Origin: an uncultured bacterium
GTDB taxonomy: Bacteria; Chloroflexota; UBA5177; JANWHV01
Assembly: GCA_963827235.1 (NCBI GenBank)
Contig: CAWHAE010000009.1
Span: 1,216,001-1,280,000 of the forward strand
Length of the DNA stretch: 64,000 nt
Direction of reading: 5' to 3'
Of this stretch, positions 1 through 10,189 are shown piece after piece. The notes under the pieces were generated by a model. That model was not told the origin of the DNA, made no database searches, and worked only from the letters and a program-made list of their open reading frames with translations. A program made the translations under genes and the position numbers. The stretch's first letter is position 1. The number at the start of each line of letters is the position of its first letter.

Positions 1-254
1 TGGCTCTCAGTGCCGACGGCCGGACAGTGGCCAGCGGCGGCACGGACGGCGTCGTGCGGTTGTGGGACGTCGCCGGAGCCACGCTCCTGCATGCGCTCCA
101 AGGCGATCGCAGCTACGAACGCCTGGACATTACCGGGCTCTCCGGTATCACGCCGGCCCAGCGTGCGGCACTGATCGCTCTGGGCGCGCGTGAGCAGGTG
201 TCCAGTGACGGAGCAGATCCGGCGGACGGCGGCGGATTCGATGCGCCTGCCTGA
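1..254 (+). CDS. C-terminal end of a WD40-repeat protein (probably STAND/NB-ARC-WD40 type), 5'-truncated
   Basis: Frame from nt 3 reads ALSADGRTVASGGTDGVVRLWD (WD40 repeat), then RSYERLDITGLSGITPAQRAALIALGA, the tail typical of cyanobacterial/Chloroflexota NB-ARC-WD40 proteins. Confidence 0.8.
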   Translation, partial: ALSADGRTVASGGTDGVVRLWDVAGATLLHALQGDRSYERLDITGLSGITPAQRAALIALGAREQVSSDGADPADGGGFDAPA

Positions 255-631
255 GGCAATGCGGCTCACCTGAGCGGGTCCACGCGGATCTGGATCTCGG
301 CACGTGGCACACTGGACGGCGCCGCCGTCGCCCGAACGCCGGCTTGGTCCTCCGGCGCTGCGTGGGCTGCTAATGCTCGTCAAACGGTGCCGCGTTATGC
401 TCCGATGTGCGGTGAGACGGATGCCCCCCCCACGAAGAACAGTACCGGAGCCTGGGAGAGGACCGGACGACGACCGTGTCTCCTGAGCCGGCCCGTGGTG
501 GCACTGGCCCACCTGTCGCCGGGCGAGTGGCCGCGCTCGTGCTTGCTCCGGCACGGCACTGCCGGTGAGGACGAGGAACGTCGACGAGCGCAACCGGCAG
601 ATCGCGCATGGCATGCACGTGGAGGGAGACC

Positions 632-1423
632 ATGAAATCGGATGAGCTGCTGCAACGTGAAGTCGTGGCTGAGCTGCGCTGGGACACGCATGTCTCCGCG
701 CCCGATATCGAGGTGGCCGTGCTTCGCGCTGCCGTGGTCCTTACCGGCATCGTGACCAGCTACGCTCAGCGCATAGCTGCCCGGGACGCCGCCTGGCGGG
801 TGCTCGGCGTGCGCGAGGTGGTAAACGAGCTGGTCGTCCAGATTCCGGTGGCACAGCGGCCCACCGATGAGGAGCTTGTGCAGGCCGCGCGCCGTGCGCT
901 GGACTGGGATGTGCGCGTTCCCGCGGCCGCGGTCGACGGAACGGTCGCCGATGGCTGGGTTACCCTGCGAGGGACGGTGGCACGGTGGACGCAGCGGCAG
1001 GATGCCGAGCGTACCGTACGCTGCTTACGGGGCGTGCGTGGAATCACCAACAGCATCAGGGTCGAGGAAGGAGCGGACCTGCCCGATACGGTTGCCGCGG
1101 CAATCGAGGCCGCCGTCAAGCGGTGCACCGACCAGACCACTATCCGTGTCGCCGTTGCGACGCGGGACGGCACGGTGACCCTCACAGGGGCTGCGCATTC
1201 CAGGAGCGAGGCCCGGGCAGTCGTCGCCGCGGCCGAGCACGGCCCAGGTGTGCAGCATGTTGTGGATCGCATGCATATCGATCCGCAGGCGTGGCTTGAG
1301 CGGCGAGGCTCCTTGCAGCGGCCGACCTCGCCTGATCGGCCGGCCCGCGTCGCGGATCTTGCTGCAGTGGAGCCCGCCCGGAAAACGCAGATGGACACAG
1401 ATGCCGCATATAGGCGTCGATGA
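632..1423 (+). CDS. BON-domain (OsmY-like) protein, three BON repeats
   Basis: Repeated V-x-L-x-G-x-V ... GV-x-x-V-x-N/D-x-L/I units; GGAGGGAG RBS before ATG 632. Confidence 0.85.
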   Translation: MKSDELLQREVVAELRWDTHVSAPDIEVAVLRAAVVLTGIVTSYAQRIAARDAAWRVLGVREVVNELVVQIPVAQRPTDEELVQAARRALDWDVRVPAAAVDGTVADGWVTLRGTVARWTQRQDAERTVRCLRGVRGITNSIRVEEGADLPDTVAAAIEAAVKRCTDQTTIRVAVATRDGTVTLTGAAHSRSEARAVVAAAEHGPGVQHVVDRMHIDPQAWLERRGSLQRPTSPDRPARVADLAAVEPARKTQMDTDAAYRRR

Positions 1424-1659
1424 TGCAGATGAACCCACGTGGTGCTCTGAGCCTCACCTGGGCCCTGGAGAGCTGGGATGGGCGGCAACGCAGCGGACTG
1501 TTCGATCAGGCCGGCCCAGCGCAGCGGCTCCCGGCCGACTCATCTGCGTCATCTCAGCCCATCTGCGGCACCTGCGTTTCTGCGCACCGGGTCCGTCCTG
1601 CCCTACCCGGCAGCAAGGGCGGGAAGGGCCAGTAGCTTCGACAGGACTGCCGGCGGTGC

Positions 1660-3162
1660 TCAGCGGTGCAGGTCGGGATCTTGCTGGGTGACGCGCAGGC
1701 GCACGGTGAACACCCCGTCGCCACTGAGCACGCCGCCGCGTCCGAAGAGCCTGCCGTTCTGCCAGTTGGATAACCCGAGCTCAGGCCGGTTGAGGGCGTA
1801 CTGGCCGTCCACCCAGCGCGTAAAGCCGTTGCCCACGAACGGGGCGTCGACCATGCGGAAGAAGCGCTCTTGCGCGGCTGGGTCGTCGGCGATCAGGGAA
1901 GCAACCAGCCGGGGACTGTAACTATTGAACCAGGAAACGGCCCGCTCCACGCTGGCCACGACGCCGAGTGAAAGCTCCGGCGTCGCCTCCCACTCCCATT
2001 CCGTGCCAAGCTCGTCCTCGGCCAGCGAGTCGGCGGCCGCCTCTTCCACGGGACCGCCGGCGCGATAGATGAGCGCGCGCTGCTCGAAAAGGGCTGCAGG
2101 CACGTACGGCCGGGCGCCCTCCAGTACGTGCAGCTTGAACCCAGTGCCGAGCGCGTCGCCGCGACGCTGCACCGCGCGCAGGGCGACGGGCACGAGATCG
2201 GCCGCTCGGCTCTCCACGATCAGTACCACGTTGGCCGTGTTGCACACCTTGCGGTCGAGCGAGTGGTAGACCGCGGCTTCGAGCCTGGCGGAGGCGGCCG
2301 TGTCGCCGGCCACGATCCAGGCGCCGCCCGTTCCGTGCAGGCTGGCAGCAATACCCGTCTGGCGGGCGATGCTGCCGAGCTGCGCCACGGCTCGTCCGGA
2401 CCCGCGGGCCACGGCCAGGGCAAGGCGGCGGTCCGAGAAGAGGGCCCATCCGGCGGCGTGCTCGGCGCTGTCGATCAGGGTGATCGCTCCCTCGGGCAGT
2501 CCGGCTTCGGCCAACGCCGGCTGCAGGGCCTCCCGGGCGATGGCGCGCGCCGTGCCGAGCGCGTCGCCGCCGATACGCATCGCAGCGGTGTTGCCGCCGC
2601 GCAGAATGCCCGTGGCATCGGCGAACACGTTGGGTCGCCCTTCGAAGACAAAGCCGACCACGCCCAAGCCGTCCACGACCTGCTCGACCTTCCAGCCCTG
2701 GTGCTCCACGGTACCGGCGACCGACTCGCGCCCCCCCGGCAGATCGCGCCAGGCCATGAGGCCGGCGATCATGTCGCGGCGCATCTTGTCGCCCGCCACC
2801 AGTCTGGTGGTAGAGCGCCCGCGGGATCGCGCGGCTTCGACGTCTTGCTCATTGGCGGCGGCGATCCGTGCCCATACGTCGTCTGAAGCAAGACGCGCGG
2901 CAAAGCGCTCGTAGAAGCGAGTGACCGCCGAATCGTCGACCAGGCTCATCTCCTGGAAGGCCCGGCAGGCACCGTCGACTGCCTTGCGCACGAGCTCGCA
3001 CACTGCGAAGGGGAGGTGCAGAATGTCGCCGCTGCCGGAAACGACGAGCAGCTGATCGCCGGGTTGGAAGCGCGCGGCGACATCCTCTCCGACGAAGGCC
3101 AGCTTGTTGCCGTCGTAGACGAGCGGCATGCCGGCCGAGACGGTAGTCAGCGTGGGGGACAT
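1660..3162 (-). CDS. proA: Gamma-glutamyl phosphate reductase-like aldehyde dehydrogenase with atypical N-terminus
   Basis: GVVGFVFEGRPNV, KVCNT catalytic Cys, NGFTRWVDGQY...ELGLSN motifs; AAAGGAG RBS before ATG 3162. Confidence 0.7.
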   Translation of the reverse strand: MSPTLTTVSAGMPLVYDGNKLAFVGEDVAARFQPGDQLLVVSGSGDILHLPFAVCELVRKAVDGACRAFQEMSLVDDSAVTRFYERFAARLASDDVWARIAAANEQDVEAARSRGRSTTRLVAGDKMRRDMIAGLMAWRDLPGGRESVAGTVEHQGWKVEQVVDGLGVVGFVFEGRPNVFADATGILRGGNTAAMRIGGDALGTARAIAREALQPALAEAGLPEGAITLIDSAEHAAGWALFSDRRLALAVARGSGRAVAQLGSIARQTGIAASLHGTGGAWIVAGDTAASARLEAAVYHSLDRKVCNTANVVLIVESRAADLVPVALRAVQRRGDALGTGFKLHVLEGARPYVPAALFEQRALIYRAGGPVEEAAADSLAEDELGTEWEWEATPELSLGVVASVERAVSWFNSYSPRLVASLIADDPAAQERFFRMVDAPFVGNGFTRWVDGQYALNRPELGLSNWQNGRLFGRGGVLSGDGVFTVRLRVTQQDPDLHR

Positions 3163-3291
3163 ATCAGCTCCTTTCGCGGGCAACGTGGCCGGTGCGCTCG
3201 AGAGGGCGAAGGATTCGCGCCCGCCCGCGGTCATACGCGCGTGAAACGGGCGAGAAGACATCCGGATAGACTGCCGAGCCGGAGGTCGCCG

Positions 3292-4071
3292 TCATGCGCG
3301 GCTGGCCAGGACGATGATCCGCTCCTTGAGGAAGCTGCCCTCAGGTGGAGGATCGGGGCTGTAGCCGAAACCGCGCCTTGCCAGCGCCTCCGAGCCGTTG
3401 AGCAAGGCCACGATACCGGCCCGGTCCGCGGGGGCCGTGCCGGAGAGATCCAGGTAGCTGGCCAGCGAGCGCCGCTCCTCGTCTACCTCGACGTGCCGGA
3501 TGAGGAAGCCGGCGGCGGCGAGGCTACGCTGCCACCCGTCCATATCGAGGGCGCGCACGTGACTGGGATCCCGCCAGCGCTCGAAGCGCTCCATAAGCTC
3601 CACGGCCTCAGGATCGTGCGCCGTGAGCTGGTCGACCAGGCCGAGCTTGCCGCCCGGACGCAGGACGCGGTACATCTCCAGCAGCGCAGCCGGGATGCTC
3701 TGAAAGTGGTGCGGCGCTCGTCTCACGGTGACCACGTCGAACGAGGCGCCGGCGAACGGCAGGCGCTCTGCCTGTCCCAGCAGGAAGCTGGCGTTGTGTA
3801 CGTCCCGTTGAGCGGCGAGGCGCCGTGCCTCCTCGAGCATCTGGTCGGTGGGATCGATGCCGACCACGGACGCCACGTGTGGCGCGACGGCAACTGCCGT
3901 GGGGCCGGTGCCCGTGGCCACGTCGAGCACGTGGTCGGTCTTCGCGAGCTGCAGGAGGTCGATCAGCCGGGCCAAATCGGGCCCGCTGGCGTGGCTCGCG
4001 CTCGCCGCGTACTGCCAGGCCTGCCTGCCGTACTGCCGTCGTGAGGCGTCGGTGTCGAAATCGGTGCCCAT
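3292..4071 (-). CDS. Class I SAM-dependent methyltransferase (UbiE/YafE-like)
   Basis: VLDVATGTG motif I; AERLPFAGASFDVV; EMYRVLRPGG. Confidence 0.9.
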   Translation of the reverse strand: MGTDFDTDASRRQYGRQAWQYAASASHASGPDLARLIDLLQLAKTDHVLDVATGTGPTAVAVAPHVASVVGIDPTDQMLEEARRLAAQRDVHNASFLLGQAERLPFAGASFDVVTVRRAPHHFQSIPAALLEMYRVLRPGGKLGLVDQLTAHDPEAVELMERFERWRDPSHVRALDMDGWQRSLAAAGFLIRHVEVDEERRSLASYLDLSGTAPADRAGIVALLNGSEALARRGFGYSPDPPPEGSFLKERIIVLASRA

Positions 4072-4131
4072 GCGTGTGCATGCTCCTGGATACCGCCGAT
4101 ATCGCGCAAAGCGCGACGACGATGCTGAGCT

Positions 4132-5490
4132 TCAGGATAGCGGTTTTCCGCCATCGTGACGCGCATGGGCTTGGTCGGCTGTCGAGCGTGCAGCGTGCGC
4201 CCGAAAATGCGCAAGGAGGTCGGTCGGCTGCCGCGCCAGCTCACCGGCTAGGTCTGCCTCGAGCCGGTATATCCCCATCCGTCGTAGGAACGGCGTGATC
4301 GATCCGCCGGTGGCGCCTGGCGGCGGCACCGGATGCGGCCGCTGTCCGGGGCCGTCGCGCTGGTAGAACTCCTCAACCACGACACCCCCGGACGCCCAGC
4401 TCCAGTCGACGAAGTCGAACAGCGGCCACCACGTGAGTCCGAGAATGGGGAATCCCTCGGCGCGCAGTTGCTGCAAGCCGGCCACGAGCCGGTCAAGCCA
4501 GGCGCATTGCTTATCAGCCTCGCCTTCGACGGCGCTTTCGGTGACCATCAGCGGAAGGCCATATGCTACGTGGCAACGCCGTAGCTCTCCGGCCAGGGCG
4601 CCAATACCGCCGTCCGCCGCGACGTGCACCACCCGTCCGTCCAGCCGGACAAGCTCCCTGCAAGAAAGCTCTGGATAGTAGTTAAGACCCAGCACATCCG
4701 GCTGCTGGCCGTCCGCTCTGAGCTGCTCGAGCATGGCGGGTTCCACGCCGTGCCTTTCCAGCCAGGACCAATCCTCGTCCTTCGGGCTCACGCTGCCGAG
4801 GAGCAGTCGAGTTGGCAGCTGGGCACGCCGCTCCCAGAGCTTGACTTCCTCCTCGAGAGACGGGTCTTCGGTCGTGTAGATCTGAACCGCTTCTACGTGG
4901 ACGATCTCCGCCGCCCGGTCGACGCTGCGCACCGCGCGCATTGCCTGTTGGATCCCGGCTACCGCGGCGACGAGCACGGCCGCCCAGCCGCCGTCCCCGC
5001 GCAAGTACGGTGGCCATACAGCCCGCAACCCGCAGAAGGATGCGGTGACTAGAGGCTCGTTCAGCGGCGTGTACGCTCCGACGGCTCCCTGGTACCTGCC
5101 GGCAACTGCCTGGGCGTAGTCGGCAAGCGCCTCGGGAAACCGGGGGTCCGCAAACGAGCCCTCCAGCCAGTTTGGCGTGCCGTAGTGCACGAGGTCGAGC
5201 ACCACCTTCACGTTGAGGCGCGCTGCGAGGTAGTCGATCACGCGGTCCGTCCCGGACCAATCGAACACGCCGGGTGCCGGGTTAACGCGGTACCAGGGAA
5301 AACCGTACCGCAGCATCGTGGCCCCGGTGGCAGCCACGCGGTCGAGGTCGTCCTGCCATTCGCGGGAGTGCCCGGTGAGCTCGTACTCGTCGAGCACGAT
5401 GTCTCCGCCCCGCACTCGAGTTCCAATGGCGGTGTCCTCGATGCCCACGGCGAACACGAGCCCGTCACGTCCAGCCATCAAGTCGGTCAT
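4132..5490 (-). CDS. Glycoside hydrolase family 1-like (beta-glycosidase)
   Basis: RYGFPWYRVNP, DLVHYGTP, PLNEP acid/base, GLNYYP, VTES nucleophile, TWWPLFD; ATGA overlap with upstream permease. Confidence 0.85.
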   Translation of the reverse strand: MTDLMAGRDGLVFAVGIEDTAIGTRVRGGDIVLDEYELTGHSREWQDDLDRVAATGATMLRYGFPWYRVNPAPGVFDWSGTDRVIDYLAARLNVKVVLDLVHYGTPNWLEGSFADPRFPEALADYAQAVAGRYQGAVGAYTPLNEPLVTASFCGLRAVWPPYLRGDGGWAAVLVAAVAGIQQAMRAVRSVDRAAEIVHVEAVQIYTTEDPSLEEEVKLWERRAQLPTRLLLGSVSPKDEDWSWLERHGVEPAMLEQLRADGQQPDVLGLNYYPELSCRELVRLDGRVVHVAADGGIGALAGELRRCHVAYGLPLMVTESAVEGEADKQCAWLDRLVAGLQQLRAEGFPILGLTWWPLFDFVDWSWASGGVVVEEFYQRDGPGQRPHPVPPPGATGGSITPFLRRMGIYRLEADLAGELARQPTDLLAHFRAHAARSTADQAHARHDGGKPLS

Positions 5491-6398
5491 TTGATCCCCG
5501 TTGTCGCTATGCCACTGACAAAGTACCGCTGCGCCAGCGCGAAAGCCACGGCGAGCGGCAACAGACTGATGACCGCTCCCGCCATGAGCACGCCGTGCTC
5601 AACCACATACTGGCCTGCAAACAGGGTCAGTCCGGCCGGCAGGTTGCGCATGTCATTGTCCGAAGTCATGACGAGCGGCCAGAGGAAGTCGTTCCAGTTG
5701 TTCATGAAGTAGAATACGCCGAGGCTGGCAAGCGCAGGCCTGGCCAGTGGCAGGATGATCCGTGCATACACGTACCAGGTGGAGGCGCCGTCGACCTTCG
5801 CCGCCTCGTCAAGCTCGACGGGAATAGTGACGAAGAATTGGCGCAGTAGGAAGATCCCGAACGCGCTGGTGGCTCGCGGCACGATCAGGCCCTGGTACGT
5901 ATTCAGCCATCCGATCTGGAAGACCAGCTGGAACAGCGGGATAAGTGTCACCTGGAACGGCACCATCAGCGTCGCCAGCACGAGGTAGAAGGCGACCGTG
6001 CGGCCCGGAAAGCGCAGCCTCGCCAGGGCGAACGCGGCGAGAGAATCGAAGAAGACGGACACGATCGTGACGCCCCCGGCGAAGATCACCGAGTTGATCA
6101 CCAGGCGCAGGAAGGGCAATTGCTGCCAGATCGACGCATAATTGTCGAGCGTCGGATGGCTCGGCTGCAGCCGCAGTGGATAGCCGAACACGTCGCTCTC
6201 CGGCTTGAACGAAGTCCCCAGCATCCACAAGAATGGCAAGACGGTGATGGTCGCGCCGAGCAGGAGCAGGATCCAGCGCGTGCCTCGCGAGAGTGCCCAC
6301 CACCAGCCCGCGGCGCCGCGATCGTAGATCGGCGTGTCGGAGCGCGCAAACTGGCGGGAGGCTTTGGGCTTAGGCACGGGTACCAGATCGGTGGTCAT
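5487..6398 (-). CDS. Carbohydrate ABC transporter permease (MalG-like)
   Basis: EAA loop ELDEAAKVDGAS, WNDFLWPL, about six TM segments. Confidence 0.92.
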   Translation of the reverse strand: MTTDLVPVPKPKASRQFARSDTPIYDRGAAGWWWALSRGTRWILLLLGATITVLPFLWMLGTSFKPESDVFGYPLRLQPSHPTLDNYASIWQQLPFLRLVINSVIFAGGVTIVSVFFDSLAAFALARLRFPGRTVAFYLVLATLMVPFQVTLIPLFQLVFQIGWLNTYQGLIVPRATSAFGIFLLRQFFVTIPVELDEAAKVDGASTWYVYARIILPLARPALASLGVFYFMNNWNDFLWPLVMTSDNDMRNLPAGLTLFAGQYVVEHGVLMAGAVISLLPLAVAFALAQRYFVSGIATTGIK

Positions 6399-6403
6399 GG
6401 CCG

Positions 6404-7339
6404 TCAATCCACCTCGTTGTAGCGGAAGAGCCGGAGCTGGAGCATCGAGAGCACCAGAATCAGCAAGAAGAGCACCCACGACATCGCGGCGGCATACCCA
6501 CTCTGGAAGTACTGAAAGCCGGAGTCATAGAGATACGTGACCAGCGTTTCGGTGTGAAATATGGGGCCGCCGCTGGTCATCACGTAGACCGAATCGAACA
6601 GCTGCATGGAGGCGATCGTGGCCATGATCGAGGCGAATAGCAGGCTCGGGCGGAGGAGGGGAAGCACGACTCGCCAGAACCTGAGCCACGGCCCGGCGCC
6701 GTCGAGCGCCGCGGCTTCGAGCAGTTGTTCGGGCACGTCCTGCAGCGCGGCAAGGAAGATCACCATGGAGAAGCCGACGCTCTTCCAGACGCCAACAAAC
6801 ATCACCGCGGGTAGTGCCCACGTCGTGCTCTGCAAGAAGTTCACGGTCGGCAGCCCGACGGACGTCATCGCGGCGTTTATTGCGCCGATCTGCGGGTCGA
6901 GCAGGAATTTCCAGACGATGCCCATCGTGGCCAGCGACGAGATGACAGGGAAGAAAAAGACCGAGCGCAGGAACTTGTTGACCAGGGTGTTGCGCTGCAG
7001 GGCGACGGCCAGGGCGAGACCAAGGCCAACCTGCAGCGGCACCTCAACGCCCGTATAGAGGGCCGTATTGCCGAGAGCATTCCAGAACCGCGAGTCGTGC
7101 ACCATGGTCTGGTAGTTCTGCAACCCCACGAACGGATGTTTGGAGGAGAAGAACGACCATGTATGCAAGCTCATCCAAAATGACTGGACTATGGGGTAGG
7201 CTACGAACACGAGCAGGATTACGGCACTCGGCAAGAGGAACATATAGGCACGACCGTCGCGCGCCAGCTGCCGTAGACGCGCGCGTGGGGTTGGCGCCGG
7301 ACCTACTCCTGTGGCCGATACGGGTACCATGCTGTTCAC
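6404..7339 (-). CDS. Carbohydrate ABC transporter permease (MalF/UgpA-like)
   Basis: FVGLQNY, EAAALDGAG EAA loop, GYAAAMSWVLF. Confidence 0.92.
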   Translation of the reverse strand: MNSMVPVSATGVGPAPTPRARLRQLARDGRAYMFLLPSAVILLVFVAYPIVQSFWMSLHTWSFFSSKHPFVGLQNYQTMVHDSRFWNALGNTALYTGVEVPLQVGLGLALAVALQRNTLVNKFLRSVFFFPVISSLATMGIVWKFLLDPQIGAINAAMTSVGLPTVNFLQSTTWALPAVMFVGVWKSVGFSMVIFLAALQDVPEQLLEAAALDGAGPWLRFWRVVLPLLRPSLLFASIMATIASMQLFDSVYVMTSGGPIFHTETLVTYLYDSGFQYFQSGYAAAMSWVLFLLILVLSMLQLRLFRYNEVD

Positions 7340-7435
7340 CTTTTGCCTGGAATGCGGTCGAGAGCATCGAGCCTACGGGATTGTAGCGTGACTGAAGGCA
7401 AGGCGATCTGCTCTCACGCTTTGGGTCGAGGGGCC

Positions 7436-7476
7436 GGCTGCTTCGGAGGGCGCGAGGCCAGACATCCAAAGCAGCC
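7436..7476 (-). other. Intergenic stem-loop between binding-protein and permease genes (likely mRNA stabiliser or partial terminator)
   Basis: GGCTGCTTCGGA (7436) pairs with TCCAAAGCAGCC (7465-7476) with one mismatch (G-U on the minus-strand RNA). Confidence 0.45.
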
Positions 7477-7521
7477 AGCCGTGAGGTGTTTAGCAGATAC
7501 GAAGGCTGGGACGTTCCGCGC

Positions 7522-8793
7522 TCACTTGCACCCGATCAGTCCGTTGAGCTGTCCGCTTGCGCTGCTCAGCACAGAGGCGACGTTGGCGCCGCGCTCAGCC
7601 TGCTGAATGGCCGGCGCAAACACGCTGGTGTCGACCTGGTTGAAGTTGGCGAGGGTCGGCAGGTAGAACCGGGCATACGGGCTCTGGGCGGAGAACCCAA
7701 CCACGTAGGGGTTGCTCGTGAGGCCGGGATAGGTGGCCATGTCGGTGCGCGATGGCGGATAGCCGACGTGCTCCGACAGGTAGGCCTGGGCCGGCTTGCT
7801 CATCCACCAGGAGAAGAAGGTCGTCGCGGCTGCCTTGTTGGACGACTTGGCATTCAGCACCATCGGCACGGTGCTCGCCGTCGTGACCGGCTTGCCGAGG
7901 GCACCGACAGGCACCTGGGTGAGCCCGAAGTTGACATGCGCGGGCTGGTATTCACCAATGGCCCAGGGACCGTTGATCTCCATCGCCGCCTTCTGGGCAG
8001 AAAACAGGTTGTCGGCATCCTGCCCAGACAGGCCAACCTGGCTGATCTGGTCTTTGACGATGAGGTCGGCCCATGTGCTCACGGCCTGGACGGTCTTCGG
8101 GTCGGCCAGAGCCGAGCAGCCCTTGGACGTCAATAGGTCACCGCCGTTCGCCCAGATGAAGATCGGCCACATGGGGATGGTTGAGTGGTCGGCGATGGCA
8201 ATGCCGTACTGCTTCACCGTCGAGCCGGACTTTACGGTCAGCTTGACGGAATCCTGCTGTAGCTCGGCCATGGTCTTGGGTGGAGCAGCAATGCCCGCCT
8301 TGGCAAAGAGTGTCTTGTTCCAGTACAACTCGAGCGTCGCCCAGTTGGCGGGCATCGCGTACAGGTGGCCGTTGACCGTAAAGGCCGATTTGATGGCCGC
8401 CGGCAGGATGCTGGGCGAGACCTGGTTAGACCCGCTGCCCAGCAACGAGTCGAGAGGTGCAATCAGGCCGTTGGCGATGTACTGCCGGATCGTCCCGACA
8501 TTGTAGTCCGGCGTGGCGATGTCCGGGCCGGAACCGCTCGCCATCGCCGTGGGAAGCTTCTGCGCGATCGAGTCCCACGGCTGCACGACGTAGTTGACCT
8601 TGATGCTTGGGTGGGTCTTGTTGAACATGGTGATGAGGGCCTGGTAGGTTGGCCCATCCCCACCGGTGAAGCCGGACCAGTAGGTCAGCGTCACCGGGCT
8701 GTTTTGCCGTGATGCCAGAGCCGACGGCCCGGCGGCGCCGGCGAGGCTGCCGATGACACAGGCTGCCCCGAAGAAGGTCAGTATTCTCCTCAT
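7522..8793 (-). CDS. Sugar ABC transporter substrate-binding protein
   Basis: Signal peptide, TLTYWSGFTGGDG, LYWNKTLFAKAG, AMEINGPW. Confidence 0.92.
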   Translation of the reverse strand: MRRILTFFGAACVIGSLAGAAGPSALASRQNSPVTLTYWSGFTGGDGPTYQALITMFNKTHPSIKVNYVVQPWDSIAQKLPTAMASGSGPDIATPDYNVGTIRQYIANGLIAPLDSLLGSGSNQVSPSILPAAIKSAFTVNGHLYAMPANWATLELYWNKTLFAKAGIAAPPKTMAELQQDSVKLTVKSGSTVKQYGIAIADHSTIPMWPIFIWANGGDLLTSKGCSALADPKTVQAVSTWADLIVKDQISQVGLSGQDADNLFSAQKAAMEINGPWAIGEYQPAHVNFGLTQVPVGALGKPVTTASTVPMVLNAKSSNKAAATTFFSWWMSKPAQAYLSEHVGYPPSRTDMATYPGLTSNPYVVGFSAQSPYARFYLPTLANFNQVDTSVFAPAIQQAERGANVASVLSSASGQLNGLIGCK

Positions 8794-8808
8794 TGCCGGA
8801 TCCCCTTT

Positions 8809-9915
8809 TCAGTTCGCGTAGCCTTCGCTGCTTGTTGCTTGCTCTGCCGCCCTGGCAGCGCTTGCGGGCCCGGCAGAAGCCGGGATACACCCGCACGAGT
8901 TTCGCACGACGAGATCTGTGGGCATCAAGGTGACTAGCTCATCTGGTTCGTGACCTCCTATCAGCGCTAGCAGGCGACGTGCCGCCACCGAACCCACCGC
9001 GGTCATGTCACCCTGGACGGTTGTGAGGGCAGGCTCGACGTATCGGGCCAGTGGGATGTCGTCATAGCCGACAAGCGGCAAATCGCCGGGGACGGCAATG
9101 CCATGCGCGCGTAGGGCGTCGCGCGCGCCGAGTGCCATCTGGTCGTTTGCGGCGAAGATTGCCTCAAACGCCGTTCCCTGGGCCAGCAGACGCTCGACCG
9201 CCTGTGCACCGCTCACATCCGAGTAATCGCCCTCGATTTCCAGGTTCGGGTCCGGTGCGATTGCCGAGGCCATCAGTGCCGACCTGTACCCGTAGAGCTT
9301 GTCCTGTGACGACTGATGCCCCCGGGGACCCGAAATGTGGACGATGCGCCGCACGCCGTGTACCTCCAGCAGGTGACGGGTGGCAATCTCAGCGCCGTGG
9401 CAGTCGTCCAGACACACCGTCGCTGCCCGTGCCAGGTGTGGCGCGCGGCCCACGATGACGATCGGATAGCCGGATCCGGCGAGTTCGATGATGTTGGCAT
9501 CTGCCATGGCCGCGGACGCCACAACCACGCCGTCGGCTACCCGGCCCTGCATCAAGCGCCGGTAGGCCGACGCCTCGTCCTCCTCGGTGCGCGAGGTGGA
9601 AAGGATTGTCGAAAGATCGTTGTCGGCCGCTACAGAGACGATGCCTTCCAGTAAGGCCGTGAGAGTCGGGTGCGAGAAAATGTGCTGGCTCGAATGTGGC
9701 AGCACCACCGCGATGGCATTGACGCGTCGGCTGCGCAACGCACGTCCGGCCGAGTGAGGGACGTAGCGCAGCTTCGCGGCAGCCTCCGCGACCGTCCTCT
9801 TGGTCTCTGCCGACACACGCGGGCTATCAGAAAGCGCCATCGACGCCGCCGCTGCGGATACGCCTGCCAGACGCGCCACGTCCTTGAGGTTGACACGGCC
9901 TACCGACTGGGTCAC
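8809..9915 (-). CDS. LacI-family transcriptional regulator
   Basis: N-terminal LKDVARLAGVS HTH, AANDQMALG, VGYDDI, LTTV, LVVRNSCG. Confidence 0.95.
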   Translation of the reverse strand: MTQSVGRVNLKDVARLAGVSAAAASMALSDSPRVSAETKRTVAEAAAKLRYVPHSAGRALRSRRVNAIAVVLPHSSQHIFSHPTLTALLEGIVSVAADNDLSTILSTSRTEEDEASAYRRLMQGRVADGVVVASAAMADANIIELAGSGYPIVIVGRAPHLARAATVCLDDCHGAEIATRHLLEVHGVRRIVHISGPRGHQSSQDKLYGYRSALMASAIAPDPNLEIEGDYSDVSGAQAVERLLAQGTAFEAIFAANDQMALGARDALRAHGIAVPGDLPLVGYDDIPLARYVEPALTTVQGDMTAVGSVAARRLLALIGGHEPDELVTLMPTDLVVRNSCGCIPASAGPASAARAAEQATSSEGYAN

Positions 9916-9931
9916 GGCAAATACTCCCGTC

Positions 9932-10104
9932 GAATCGATTCAGTATCTCGTCGAGAGCACATACGCACTGCGGGATTGCTGAATCGATTAAGCAGATTCT
10001 ACGGGGCCGGCTTCCGCTTGTCAAGGGGCTCTCTCATGCCTGTGTGTGCACCGGCGAAGCACGCGCGGCACGTATCCCATCTGGGCCTGCTAAATCGTTT
10101 GACT
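9932..10104. promoter_or_regulatory. Three putative LacI-type operators
   Basis: GAATCGATTC (9932-9941), TGCTGAATCGATTAAGCA (9977-9994), TGCTAAATCGTTTGACT (10088-10104): central-CG palindromes just upstream of the LacI gene. Confidence 0.65.
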
Positions 10105-10189
10105 CCGGGAGGCAACGATGCTGTCTGTGGCGAGGTCTCGCCTCGCAGGTGAGAGGGCGCTTCATCGCCGTGGAGGTTGGGCGACTTCG

